Position numbers and translations under genes: made by a program. Under the pieces are notes generated by a model. It was given only the letters and a program-made list of their open reading frames with translations. It was not told the origin of the DNA and made no database searches. Below, piece after piece: positions 35,701-50,700 of a stretch of DNA of 64,000 nt. Numbering within the stretch: the stretch's first letter is position 1; each line of letters starts with the position of its first letter. The DNA comes from Lingula anatina. Taxonomy: Eukaryota > Animalia > Brachiopoda. The stretch lies in assembly GCA_051362555.1 (NCBI GenBank), contig CM120640.1:55716788-55780787 (forward strand). The letters are read 5' to 3'.

Positions 35701-38700
35701 TCACATGAACAGGAATAAATCCTTGAACCAATGGTGTCTTGCGTGTACTCAAGCATTAATTATACATGTATATATTCCAATCAAGTCACCTGTCATACCC
35801 CATGAACAAATACTCTGCCTCCTTACATATCTTTTCTACCTGTATGCCACATGTTGCAAGTATACATGCACTTCCCTTAAAAAAAACTAAAATTCTGATC
35901 ACAGATGGGAATTAAATGTTGTGCAAACAACCTCACCTATTAGTTCTTATGAGCTTCAACATTTGTAATATGAATTATTAGACATCTTGATGTCTTTCTA
36001 ATGTCTATTGTTACTAAGGAGTCCCTGTTCATGCTAAAATATCTTTTAGGCACAAGTCGGCATCGCAAACAATCCTGTGTCTCAGCACCCTATTTCCCTT
36101 TATATCCATGCTGCATGTTGAGTTTTGCCATGTTCAGTAGAAATTTATAGACTAAGTATGCCAGCAGGGATGCTAATTTAATAGATATTGAAATCCCACT
36201 TAGCTCTGGAGAGCAGTTAGTAATTATTATGGAATATTGCATTATACAAAGTTATAGAGATGGGACAAGAGAAAGATCTAAGAGACCGATATTTGAAAGT
36301 AGCATGGGATTCATCACAGAAGAAATACATCTTCATTCAGCTTAAATCTAATTTGCAAGCTCTGAGCAGATAGAGTTTTATTTTGTTACTGTTCTGGGGC
36401 ATAAACAAATTTGGATCTTAAAATCTAAGGGGCCATTCAGAATGGAATATCCAATTATCAACTGGTCCAAGGCTCAAATATGGTGGAACCTACATAAAAG
36501 GAAGACCGCTTAATCCTGCCTCTCACACGCATCATCCCTGCAGGGACACAGTAATTAAATCTTCGCTCCAATCGACCAGATGCGTGGGGAGGCGTGTGAG
36601 AGCCAGAGAGACCATTACAGGATTAAGCAGTCTTCCGTTCGTGTAGGGTCCACCATATTTGAGCCTTGGACCAGTTGATTCTCGGATCTTCTATTCTGAA
36701 TAGCCCCTAAGACAGCTGGATTAATAAATGCAATTATAACTGATATCATCTCAAGAGACATGGTTTTAAATCCATATTTTGCTCAAAATTTGTCAATATG
36801 ATGACATTTTCTTTTCTGCAACTTATATTTTATGCATTTTATTTGTTTCTGAACAAAAAGAGCACAATTTTCTTTTCTTTTTTTTTATTTTTGCAAATCA
36901 AACTGAAAATGTATGTTTCACTGCATAAACAAAAAAATTCTCACTTTGAATCCTGGTATCTCTCTATATCAACCAATCAAGAAATCAAAAGAGTAGAAGA
37001 AACATAACATGAAAAATGCAAACTGCAGCATTTTATGAGTGTCCACTGCACCCGCTACATCATAATACTAAAGATATTGGAAACCAGGAGACCTGAACTA
37101 TGTTTGTTAAGAAATAAATCCCTTAAGTAATCAATATTAAGGTTTGGATGTCCATTTTATTAGCAAGAGATGGAATTTAATAGCCAAGAAAATGCTGGAT
37201 GCCAATAATCTGCCTGCCATCTCTTGGTCGTTAGAACCCAGAAAGATCTATGGCCCTACCATTCTATTCAATGAAATGCATCAAGATGTGCAAAGAACTC
37301 ACAAAGGAGATTTTTTCAGCAGTGGCATACAATAAAGAGAATTTGTTCTAAATCAATTCATGGTATAATATTAATATTACATTTCTCTTAATTGTGTGTT
37401 TTTTTTTTGTTTTTTTTTGAATATCATCTTTTCTTAAGTTTTTTTTAAACACTGCAAGGTGTTCTCTTTCTTTTTGAACTTTATACTTTAATTTAAACCT
37501 ACTGTAGAATCCGAAAAACTTTATCTCAGAAAATGCAGTTGAAACCACACATCACTACTTCCTTGTGATATAAATTTCTGATTTCCTCTGCTTTAGGTGA
37601 AATCACAAGTCTATTTAAGCTGTTTAATTGCATGCACACTACTGTGAAACAATATATGCAGCTCAATGAGCTTTTTTAGTGGAGTTGGAGTCCAAAATGT
37701 AGATCCCCCATCCAAAGCCTTAGTAAATAATGTTGCTAAAAATACTCCAATTAAATGAATTTATCATTATAATTAAAAAACAATCTAAGCTTACATTCTT
37801 TTTATGTTCGCTCTACTCAAAACTGGATCATTCATTTCAACAGATTTATTGGTTAATCTACATCTGTCTAAATAAATAGCAGCATCAGATCTACAGTATG
37901 GTACTAAAGTGCATCATTGTAATGTGAAAATTTTGCATACTTACATCTAGGCAACAACATTAAAAAATAATCCTTAATTCACAGTATGAGTGAAAACTTA
38001 TCCCAACCATCACCTGCAGTTGGACAGCTACATGCTAATCTATGTGCAAGCTTGCTACTGCATCCCCATTCCATTCAAAGCACTTTAATTTGAAAATGAA
38101 AACAAAAATAATGAGAACTACATGTAGCAACAGCAGACAGTCTCAGAACTCAACTCCTACAAGTGGTATTGGCCTACTGCACTTATTCAATATATCTCAG
38201 TAGTCTCCTGAATACTCTTCCCATCTGATAAAGGGAGAAATGCAACACGGACAGCTCTCAGAATTTATAAATTACAAATGTGATATTGAAAATCTGCCTC
38301 TCTCTTTTTTCACTGAAGTCTGCTCTGAGATAGCCAATCTGCTCACAAGTGTTCACTTCACTGATAAATCCCTGTCATACATTTGCCATAAGTGAACGAT
38401 TTTCTCCTTGGGTGAATCAATAGGGAAAATCAATGAACAGTAAAAAAAAAACAATTCACATAAATCAAGGTCAATAAGTCAAATCAAGACAAAGAAGGTT
38501 ATGTTATTTCCCTTTAAAGTAAATGTTGGAGAGGTAAAAAAATAGAATAGTGAACATTCCACGCAGTGATTTAGTCCATCATTTATATACATGTATTTGT
38601 GGTCTACGAAGATGTATTTTTCATTTGTGCACACTTTCATGAAACCCGACTACCAGTAGGTCTTAAAAGTAATATTTTCCATATCCCTCCCAGTATTGAG

Positions 38701-41700
38701 CTACAAACTACCCAGTTCAATTATCCAAACATTTTTCTTTTACCCTGCTGGCAAACATACCTGTATGCTCTCTGATATTTTGGAATACCTTTTATCTTCA
38801 ACTCTTTCAATATATGATATAAAAGTAAATACACAAAAAAGTGAAAAGGATCTTTCTACACATATACCAAACCAGAACATATCCCTGTTCTGAAAAAAGA
38901 TCATCATAACATTTCCAATAAGTATTTTAACTATTTTTAAGGTACTCTTGAAAAATACATTATAAGGAACGTCATTTTGATGAAAATGAAAGTTCATTGT
39001 ATAAACACAATACCACATTGTCAATGTTAAATAAGAGTTAGATATAAAAAAGCAAATTTTTCAGTCACCACTTCCTGTAATTCGTGCCCAGTTATTAAAA
39101 AAAAAAACAGATAGAATAGCTAAGGTATTCTGTTACCTATAACAAAAGCTTCATTCATGTAAAATGACTTAAGGGCAAAAAGGATTTTGGGAGTTGCTGT
39201 TTGATTTTGCACTTCTTTGATAGGCAAATGCCCCACTCCCATTTTATATGCTCTATAAAGCAGAACACCACCTTTTCAATAACGATGCATTGGGCAAAGT
39301 CCACATAACTGGATCTTTAAAATTCCCGTTTTCCTAAGTATTTTGTCCGTCAAGTACACTATTTCAGGTATCAATTTCAGCCAATGGGTAAGGTGTCACA
39401 ATTATATACCAGCACTACCTGAGATGTTGCAATATAGTCACACAAATGCCCTCTTTATCTCTGCATCATGTTGTGTAGTTCAAAGAACTTTACTTCTGCT
39501 TCAAAACTTGAATGAAATGTGTCAAAAATGAAAAAATATCACAAGGATTTAGCATTTCTAAGAATTGACAACATGTAGATTGGATGTACCGGTATCTATC
39601 TAACTGACAATGAGTGGGGAAACCTCACATTTTTGTTTCTCTTAAAAACACTTATTTCTTTACTACTAATAACTACAGAAATCTTCAATTTCAATATTAT
39701 TGCAAAGGCCAGACTTTATAGGCTTTCTTTACAGCTGAAAAAATAACTTCTGTTTTGTCAGTGAGAAATGCATGTTTCGCATCACGTTCATAAAACATCC
39801 AAACTTTGGTTGATAAGCAACACTGAAGAAGTTTGCATACCACTCAATAATTTTATGAGCAACACTATCTCTATTTACCCAAGATTGCACACGTTCAAAG
39901 ATTTGAGGGTTGATTATTTGAATGTTACTTTTATAAACCAGATTTTTGGCATGCCCTATTTCAATATTTAGTCATAGCATTTTTATTTTCCACCTTATAT
40001 TACATTTTTCATTTATGTTTCATATTATTTTGGCAGATAATATGATTGGTTCAAATGGATTTAGTTTAGACAACTGGAGGACTCCAAATAACCAATAACA
40101 AGCTCTTGCATTGCAATTTTGTGTCATTTATACTTAATAAGTAATGCCATCAACCTATTCAAATTCCTTTATATAGACAAAAAAGGAGAAAAAATATGTA
40201 TATATACATATTCTTACAGTTCAAATTTTGTTCATGGATTATAGCAAAAAATTTCTCAAATAAATAGGGGTAAAGAGGCATAAGAGACTGCAAAATAAGA
40301 ACTAAAGGGCATATTTAACCGTGTTTGGCCATAATAAACATCACTTCCTACCTCATCAGGCTCATTAATTGCCACCTGATCAGCCTCCACCACCTTGGTG
40401 GGACTGAGAGGGATTTCACAAGCCATATGTGAAGATGTAGGCTTGATCTCTGAGGAATCATCCAACTCTGAAGACATAATGCTTCTTCTAAATATCTGCT
40501 CTTTTAATTTGTTCAAAAAGTCTGTTACTACAGGCTGTATTTCTGTCAGGAACTGTTTCCCAGTCACATCAATCAGCTTATTTCAAAATGAGAACAACCC
40601 TGGTAATAGTACACTGTACCACTGTATACCATAAATTTCAAGAGCTGCAACAGTCAATTCTCTCTGAGAGATCCTCACTGTTTTCTAACTGTTGTGAAAG
40701 TGTTGTCCAGCTGACCACACCCTGGGTTGTAAAAATTTGTTTCAACCTGTCACATACAACTTGCAAGTGTTCAATTCACAACAGCTGGATAAAACAGCTG
40801 GCAGAGGCACTGGTAAAAAAATTATCAAATAGTAGTATGTGACTGTGGCACAAGGTTAGAGGTTATACACCAACAAGTTGCCAACAAAGTTGAAACTATT
40901 CAATCTCCCACAGAGGACCCGATTTTTATACTTCTGATAAACTACCATCCACCCAATAATAAAATGTTATCTAGTGGCCTACTGTAAATTATTACATATT
41001 CAGAGAATATTTTACAACTTATTTTGTGAAATTCATTTGAACAAGATAACAAAGGAATGTCCAATAACTTGGAGACACTGACATTCAATCTGGTTAATCT
41101 CCAATCATAATTATCCAAATAAACTTAATGAAAGAAGAGGAGATAAGTAGAGAAATTTGCCAAACTTGTCAAGTACCCAAATTTGTGTTGCTTGGGGTAC
41201 CCTAAAGCTGTAACATTATGACCCTGATACTGTCTGACTCATTCCATTGTCACAGGAATCTGAGGCTGGGCTATGTTTACGAGAGAAATAGTTGTGTACA
41301 CAACAAACAGGTTGTGGGCCATTTTTCCGTAAGCTTTCAGTTTTATTATCATGTCTTTTGCAAGAGGGTCCGATCACCATCATAAATTTCTAGTTTTTTA
41401 ATCTCATGAGGCACAGGAATGTTTGTACAAAGGTGATACAACTGCTCAAATGCCTCTCGATAAGGATTAATGGGCATTATCAAAAGTTTCTGCTTCTAGC
41501 TCCCCCCCCCCCAAAAAAAAAAAAAAAAATCAATGATGCATTTTCAATTGAAGTAGATACTGAGAAGTAAACCCAAAAATTCCCTCAGTTAGGTAAAATC
41601 TTTTTGCTACTTACTCCTGCACTTGCAAAGGTATTCAGTTCCCAAAGGGTCGTGCCTTACCAGACATCTGCATCTACTGCTGCTACTGGGGATTAATTGA

Positions 41701-44700
41701 CCATATAATTAAACTGATTATAATCTCATCAGCTATTGGAGTACAGTTTCTGTTTGGTCCCTAGGACAGGAGTGACCAGTGAGAAAGACAGGTTTATATA
41801 TTTTTTTTTTATTTTTTAAAATCCATTTCATTGCAATCTTTAGTTTCACACAGATATTTGTGATAGCCATGGATGGAATTTTTTCCTCTCTTTTTCCTAC
41901 TCATAAAAGATTAATAAAAATATATATATACGATTCATTAAATATGTAACATTTTTAAATGTTTAAAGTGAAACCAACTCAAAAACTCCAAAAAAGCACA
42001 ATGAAAAAAAAATAACAACAGTCATCAACTTGTCCATTTTTTTCTAAAGAAATCAATACATGGACATTCATAGAGCATGGACTTTATATTCACAAACTGT
42101 CTATGAAATTTTCTCATACAACATGAAATATGCAATTTGTAAAAAAGAAAAAAATATGGGATCTAAAGCTGACTGAGAAATTGCCCAACTCCTCAACTCT
42201 TGACCTTGATTTACCAGGTGGCAGGGTAAATAAGATATCAGTACAAGCCTTAACCACTTGGAGGAAAATAACTTCAACTTTCCCACCTATACACAGCACA
42301 TACTGCTGAACAATTACAGATAACAGAGGTGAAAAAGTCAGAACTGATGGGTAGTGAAAAAAAAAACTTATCCTCAAGAAAAATTTGTATTATTTAATTA
42401 GGTACTTAACACTTTGGTCATTTTCTAACATTATGACCAATGAGGGATATACAGATTTTTTGAAAAATTACAAGCCAATTTGTAAAAATTAACTTAACAA
42501 AATCATTGGTTGTGCTGACTTTTTTAACATCTCAGCATAATGTATGTACCCATATCTTTCTGTTATATAGAACATCAAAAATGATGTATTGCACAATATA
42601 ATGATGCCACAGAATACACATCAGAGTCCAATTTGCATTAGCAATCAAGTTAAAACAACTTAATTTATTCTATCTCAGAAGTAGAATATGATAAAACTTT
42701 TTTAAAAATGCTCACCATTGGGTACATCAAGGTTGGTTGAATGTACAATACAGATTAGACTGATTCAGTGTAAATAAGGTACTAAGTTAAATCATCTACA
42801 TTTTCGTTGTAAATACACTTTTATATCATATCATATAGTAAAAGAACAATTCAGATTAGACTGATTCAGTGCAGATATGGCACTCAATTAAACCATCTAC
42901 AACTTCATTGTAAATACACCTATACCATATCATATTGAGTGCCCTTTGAGGATTAAAATTTCGACATTTTTTTATAATGACATGCAGTTTATTTTTTAAA
43001 ATAAAAATGGAAAATGGAATATAGAACACTATATACTTAGTATATACTGCATTTTTATATAAGATACAACATACTACTTAACTCAATTAAATGTTTGCAG
43101 TATGAGGCACATTGAATACCATGATGCAGGTCTTCAACAGCTGCTGTCATGTGTCAGGTGATTAGCCAGCAGTAGTTGGGTTAAAACATCATTACATGGG
43201 AGCAAATGTTTCAGACTGAGTTATGTCCCTCTGTTTTTAGTTATTAATGAGACACCTCATTCATCTTGTTTTTTTTTTCTTCTTCTTTCTTTTTTAGGGG
43301 TGAGTTGGAGAATGTAAATCAAATATGAATAGAAAGAATTCAGGGATTCAAAATGGTAGTCCAAGGAGTTTGGAACTCCTTGGGTAGTCTAACAAATCTA
43401 TATATTTCTACCTTCCTTTTATTCTCAGGGGCTTATGGAAGCCGTCTTCTGGTTCTTCCAGAAGGCGATTAGAATTTTTCAAGTTCACATTGACATGGCA
43501 TCTAATTTTTTTCAGATGAAAGACGGTCAAAAATGGAAGATGGATCAACAAAGATAAATTTGAAAGACAGTCAGGAAATATCTCTGGATCCACCCTTGAT
43601 TCTTGATAGCCCTTGCTTATGTCCAATGCCATGTTACAAAATTTAAGAAATAAAGTTGATTTCCAGATTAATAACAATTTCATAAACTCTTATATACAAA
43701 ACACGGCTGCAACGTATGTTTAGTTCTGTTGTGTAATGTTTAAGAGCTGTCAGTATCGAATTCTAGTGAGAGACCCCTTTACCTACCTACCTGTGCTCTG
43801 CCTATAGTTATCACAATATAATTTGTTGCTGCTTATCATCTGAAGTTTCGGCAAAAAAAAAAAAAAAAAAAACATTTAGAGGGCAGTGCTATTTAATTGA
43901 AAGTCTGGAAGTTGGTGTTTACCAAATTTAAGAGGTGTGTTCAAATTTGAAATGCCAAGATTAATTGCAACAGTAGCTGGATTCAATCTAACATGTTTAA
44001 TTTAAGTTGAATATTATCAGAAAGTAAGGAAAATTGAATTTCTTTAGTTAATGGACCTATATAACTGCATACGTACACAAAAAACAAGTCAAATTCTGTT
44101 TTAGCTGCCTAATTAGATCAAAAATCATTTAAGAAAAATCTAGTCAATCAACCAAATGACCAATCATAAGCACTATAAGTGACCGTTCACATGCAAAATC
44201 TATTTTCTAAAAATCTATTTTCTATTCGCGGTATCTTGTGATCACGGTCTGTGCCCTGAATACCCCGCGGCGTAATTACTGGCAGCACTTCCAAAGCTGT
44301 AATTAATTTTCGGCTGCGCTCAGAGTGATCACAAGATACCGCGAATAGAAAATAGATTTTTAGAAAATAGATTTTGCATGTGAACGGAGTCTTACACTCA
44401 TCAGCATTATTACAAAGACATGGAAATCACATCTTATATTCAATTAGTGGCACTAATAATTTTATAGTACTACCCTCCTCCCCCCAACCTGCCTCTGTGT
44501 ATGCATATTACATGCAGTGATAGTATTCCTGACCTTACAACACTTGACATGTGCAGATGCTATGTTGATAACGTCTAGTCTGATCAACCATGAGATATGG
44601 GTAAACGGACCTTAGACTGCCTTTTTGAACATAAACCAAGTGTTTGCTGGGTTTTAAAATGATCAGAAATGATCTAAATTTGTTTAAAGCAAGCAAACAC

Positions 44701-47700
44701 TAATAACAACTTGAAAAATGTAATGAAAGAACTTAAATTTGCCTTATGTATGTTTCAAATCCCTTTTCTTCACATTTTCATCTACTTTAACATTTAACTT
44801 ACATTAGCTAATAACTACCTTGAAATACATAACTGCATGGCAGTTGAATGCAAACAAGGGGTAAGACTTAAAGCAAAGTTATGAACATCTGCTCATACAA
44901 AATTATATTTCATTAAAAAATATATTAATTTGGTGGACACTTCATGCAGGAGAGCCATTAACACATACATCTTTCGTCATGGAGATGAAGATGCATCAAA
45001 ACATGTAACATTTCATTAAGTATTACAACAGTGAACTAAGCAAACTTTACAGGCCCTAGATGGTGACATTCAACCCAGGTGCAAGAGATAGGTGTGGAAA
45101 TGTCAGTTATCTTATTTTAGAGTGCCATTTCCCTAATACCGTGTGTAAGCAAAGGTTGCCACTAACTGCATGAGCAGTTAGAAAAACGGTACGACATAAT
45201 TGCCTAACATCCTCTTGATATGCTGTTAAGTTTTATTTTTTCCCTTTTTATTCAAGGAAACTAAGAAAATTATAAAAACAAATTATAATAATGTAAAACA
45301 GATTATAAATAAAATCAATGTATAAATATTTTTTTCAATTTTGCACATAAATGCTCTTAAAAATAAATTCACAAACAGCTTACAAAAATTCAAACTTTTA
45401 AGTTTAGAAATACCAGTAGAAAACAGACTGGAAAAACATTCTAATGAGACCAATTTGGCATAGATAAATTTAAAGAAAACTGGGGACAACAGAATTTTAT
45501 TCACATGATGCATCTATTCTTGCCATTCAAATAACAAGTCTGCTTAGAACTAGCACTGCATGCTGACTCATGATATGAGAACCTTAAAATCCAAAATCTA
45601 TTTCACAATTAGCTCTTCAAAAGGTGTAACAGACAGACTCTCTTTGTGGTATAAAAAGTCCTTATTCATATGACTAAAATGTTCACCCCCGATTTAATTC
45701 AGGGGCATTTTAGCAAAGCAGGTCGTCTTGCAGCCATGGGAGAAGTCAGTTTTACCAAGAGGGGTAACTATTACTCCGGCTTTGGTTGATATGAGAAGTT
45801 TTACCTGTTCAGGTGAGTAACCTTTAACACATATCCAGTTGTTATAGCACCTAAGAGTGTAATTTGTCAGATACAGGCATGCCAGGAGTTGGACAGTGAG
45901 GAAGAGGTAGTTCAGACAATGACAACATGGAATATTTGTCTCAGATAGATCTGAACAAAGATTTGTCTGAAGAGGAATTCAGGAAAGTAAGTGATTTTAT
46001 TCAAGGTTATTCTGATATATTTTCTCAAAGTGATGAGGATGTCGGTTTCACCAGTTTGGTTAAACACAGGACAGTCTTGTCAAATCCAGAGCCTTTTATG
46101 CAGAGGCATAGTAGGATTCCACTCTCTATGTACCAAGAGGTAAGAAATCACATTAGACATCCCTTAAAATGTTCAAACCAATGAACCAATGAACTGAATA
46201 CAACTGACCATCTATTTAATTTGCTAACTTAAAAGATACCACTAGGAAATTATCCTCCACCCCACCCCTGCAAGTTCAAAATACACTTTGGTTTCTCAGT
46301 ACCCAATAAATCTGCACTAAATGGTGCTACACAAGAAAAAACTTTCCTGGAATAAAATGATTCGACATGGACATGTCCTGGTACTGAATGAGGTATTCTG
46401 AACCTGCACTTCCTACAGATGGAAGGAAAGAAAATAAAAGTATGTCAAACAACAAATGAAATCAGAATTTATATAAAAAACTTACCCAACAATGCCAAAA
46501 AGGATGCAATAAGGATGAGGAACCTTTTGGTCTTGCTATTAATTTTGCCCGCACTTCTTCCTCAGACAAGCCCCTTTAACTCGGTGGTAAAGCAAGCACC
46601 CCAAAAGCTACTGAGAAGTCCACGGAACTCTGGTACTAAATAAGGCAACTCCTTACTTTGGTGAAGTGTGCAAAATATTTTCCAAGGTGAAAGGAGTTAA
46701 AGTTGGTTGCTATGCACTCGGTTCCAAGATTTTTGCACACGGCATGCTACGTAACTTTCTAGGAGCCCACCTGGATTTGTAGGGGGATGAGCACCAGAAG
46801 AGATTTCCAGAAAAGTTGAGAAACTGAATCACTTTGCCCACACATTACTTTTTTTATCTTTCACAAAATCAAATTCAGTGTCAAAAAGTCCAGTTCTTTC
46901 TAAGCTCACCCACTCTGCATCAACGTGTCAATATCAAGCTGTGCATTTTGTCTCAAACTATAAAATGTGGTGGAAGTATGTTTTACAGATTATCCACAAA
47001 AAACAACCTTTTAAAGTTCAATGACTCATTTCACCAAGCACCAAAGTTTTAAAAGTTGTTTGTGATACATGTACATAAACTGAAACCAGGCATCCATATT
47101 TTAAAAAATCTTCATTCCAGCACATGCTAAACAATGCATCTCTTTTTTCACTTTAAAATTATGAAAGTTTTGCAAGGACCAAGAAAATTTGAACTAACTA
47201 TTAAATAATCAGCTTGAAAAGAAGGTTTAGAATGAAGTCCTTAGTAAATGCAGTTCATATAAATTTTAGGTTACTCCATGTTACTGTCCTAATCACTCTC
47301 ATGCACACTTACCCCCACACACTCTCACACAAGACAAAATAAATAACATATACCACATGGAAAATGCTGCAACACCAATCTTGTCCAATACCTTTCAACA
47401 ACAGCCTGGCACATGGATACCAAATGTAACTGTTAAGGCAGAGATTCACATTTCTGTAGAGATCTGTTTCACATTTTTGGTGAATCCACCATGGTTACTG
47501 CACCTCAGTTTACTGGTCAATTTCCATATGTAAATCCTACATTTATTTATGTAAACAGTTTCAACCTAAATCATTCACATAGCCCATCATATATGATTTT
47601 TCTTAGATAAAACTTTTTCATTCTTTGCGTAAATTGTGTGAATTTTAGCCGCCACTGAGTGTGTGGTGTAAGATTTTCATACTGAAACTCAACTTCTCAG

Positions 47701-50700
47701 TTTTTCCCAAAACAAATTCTGACATAACCACATTAGTTGTTAGATGCCTTTTGCATGGCCTGCAGGTGCAAATAATCAGGGAAATCATTACAGCATACAA
47801 TGCAAGCTGGGATGGCATCATCAATTGCCTGCTGTGAATACAGCATACAGTGCAAGCTGTGAATGATATACTAGATCCTGGGCTCCATGTCTCTCTGCAG
47901 TCTAGACATTCTTTGGCCCCACTGCATATTTTGGGTTCCTCTTTTATCATCAATCCTATGTGCATTCATAATTTTCTAAATCTAGGGACAACTGGTACTT
48001 AATACATCAGTACACAATTATTTATTTCCATTTAGAGAAGATATAAAAATATCCAAGAATTCTTTTACAAAATTATGCCTATTAAAATATTTTTACCAAT
48101 GGTTTTAATTTGTTGTAAAAGTTGAATCAATCATCAAAAATTTAAGTAAAAACTGCATGCAAATGTGATAATCAATCAAGATCATATCTAGGTGAAAATG
48201 TACGTTTGCCACGCATATAAAAAGAAAAAGCTTTCACCTATCATTTGTGGTTTAATGAGTAAATTGTTCACATAAAATAGTAGCCTCCACAATTTGAGAA
48301 AAAAACCTAAATATCTAATCAAGAATCTGTGTCCAAGATAATTGATTCTTGATTTCATAGAACACTGACAATGTAACATGAACAACTCAATGTCGTTTCC
48401 CACCTGTTGCAATAAAAAACATTTGCAACAGACTGCATCCTACTTTATGTGCCATGCCATGCCAGCCTTTGCCATCATTTTCTGTCCTTATAAAAAAACT
48501 ATATCTTTTTTTTCTAAAAATTACATGTACTGGTATCTCCTGCAGTGGAAGAACATATACTCATGTACATTCATGTGCATTTATTTTTGCTTTTTTTACC
48601 TTTCATTAAAAAATCTTATATAGATATTTTCCAGAGAAAAAGAAAAAATAACAAAAGGGAAACATATTATAACAAAAGGGAAACAATATTAGAAAACATT
48701 TTATGACATTTTCCACTAAAAACTTATAACTAGAGTTCAACGACTTTAATATTAGATCAATCAATTTCTTTAAAATAGTTCAATGCAACTAAGTTTATAC
48801 ATTAAAATTTTTGAGAGCTGTTCCGTGTTTTGGAATAAATTCTGTATGTGCCTTAGGGCATGTGAGTGTACCTTCACTTCTGGCAATAAGTGTTTCAGTT
48901 TTTGTCCTTCTATAAAACATTTCACAACATAGATCATCACACCTACTTTGTAAAGAAACAGAATTTGTCATTTGTAAGAGGTCTGCATAAGATAAGGATA
49001 TAGTATCTTAAAAAACCTTTTCTGGACAGATTCTATTTTTTTGGTTTGGCTTTTTGTTAGTCCAGGATCCTACTCTTGCATAGCATATTCTAGGGCAAGT
49101 CCTAAAACAGACATGTATGTCTTCAGAAAGTCATGAAACAAGAAACCCACTCTCTTTAAAATTCTGATGAAATGTGTTATCTGGCCAACTTTTGTGTAAA
49201 TCCTGGCTTATATTAAGGCCCAGGAATAAGGCAAAATTCACGCTATGATTTGATGCTAAGTCACAGGTCACTAGGTTATCTTGGATGAATTTCTTGGTAC
49301 CAGATTGTATGATAGTATTTTATATATGGATTTTTTTCTTTTCACGCCATCCCAAAAATATATTTCAAGATGTGGTCATCATCTCTTTGCACTCTGAAGA
49401 TATTCCATAAGACATTTTCTTTGACATCAAACCATCATTTAAATTATCTAACTCTCCAGCTGTGTTTGTTTGCTCAATGAAGTCTAATTTTACATCAATA
49501 CCTAAGGTGGCCAGGTGGGGAGAGGTGAAACAAGACATTACATGCGGTGCAAGAGATTAATTGAATTGAAGGTTGAAAATGAGATTTATTGAAAGAAATA
49601 ACTATGCTATGGAGAAGAAATATATTTAACAACAATACAGCAAAATGCTGCAGCTGGGGATTAAATGCTAATTCAGGGCTTACTTTGGATTGCTTGTCTA
49701 CATTAGTCAACAAACAGCTAAAACACTTTCAAATAGGGGACTCAAAATATGGAAGTGTAACATATGTGATGGTGTAAGAGGGTTCCCATGGGACCTGGAT
49801 ATTGTGAGATGTGATGTACTATATGGCCCCATTCAGAATAGATGATCTGAGTACTAACTGATCCACCGACTAAATATGGCCGACAAAACTCCAAAAGAGA
49901 TGCTGCTGATTCCTGATGGTCTCCCTGCCTCCACACGTGCCATTAAACGGATTAAATCTCAGCTCTGAGGTTTAATTGCTAAGCCCCTGCTGCGACAGCG
50001 TGATTAGAGGTGGGTAGACCATCGACAATCAGTTGCATCTCTTTTGAAGTGTGGTCCGCCATATTTAGTCAGCAGATCAGTTAGTACCCGGATCATCTAT
50101 TATGAATGGGGCCTGTGTATGTTAGTCATCCAGTCGTATTTCACATAAGATATAATTTTAATCTGTTGCTGGATTTATTATTTTGTCTAGTTGACGATGT
50201 TGCATCTCCCTCTTGTAGACTCTCAGCGGGTCCACTGAGAATACAGATGAACTATTCTTGGTCTTGTTATGTAATCTGTGTGGAAGATTACAACTATTCA
50301 TTGAGGTACATCATTTGACTTCAATACCTTGTTTCCGAAATTGTTTTTCAGACATGCATATATACTGCCCCAAGTCTTTTCCACAAGACTGTTGCTTCAA
50401 TTATCTCCTGGAGATGAACGTCTATGACAAGTTGTAACATGATCACCATATCTGATACAGCCACTAACAATTGATGATCATTTAGGAGAAGTATGTTTGG
50501 TTAAACTTTGCAAAGCACTAAGAGGAAATATCGCTGATTGGTCAATTTCATACAGTGTCTGTCTCACACACACCTCCAATCAAACAAACAAACAAAAAGT
50601 GCTTAGGACATTATATCTAGGGAGGTGATGAGTTACTTTAAGTTTACATTTTTTTTTCAAGTTTTTTCAAGTGACCCTAGATCTGCATTTCAAACTTCCT

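Noticed and set aside
43408-43683. 91-aa minus-strand ORF as an alternative first exon
   Set aside because: Its nearby donor is in phase 2, incompatible with the phase-0 LIM2 exon, and it has no recognisable motif.
46419-46830. GC-richer segment after the Gypsy relic
   Set aside because: Probably an old repeat, but I could not recognise any motif on either strand.
50120-50340. Possible second Penelope terminal repeat or hammerhead relic (minus strand)
   Set aside because: Too degenerate to support by eye.
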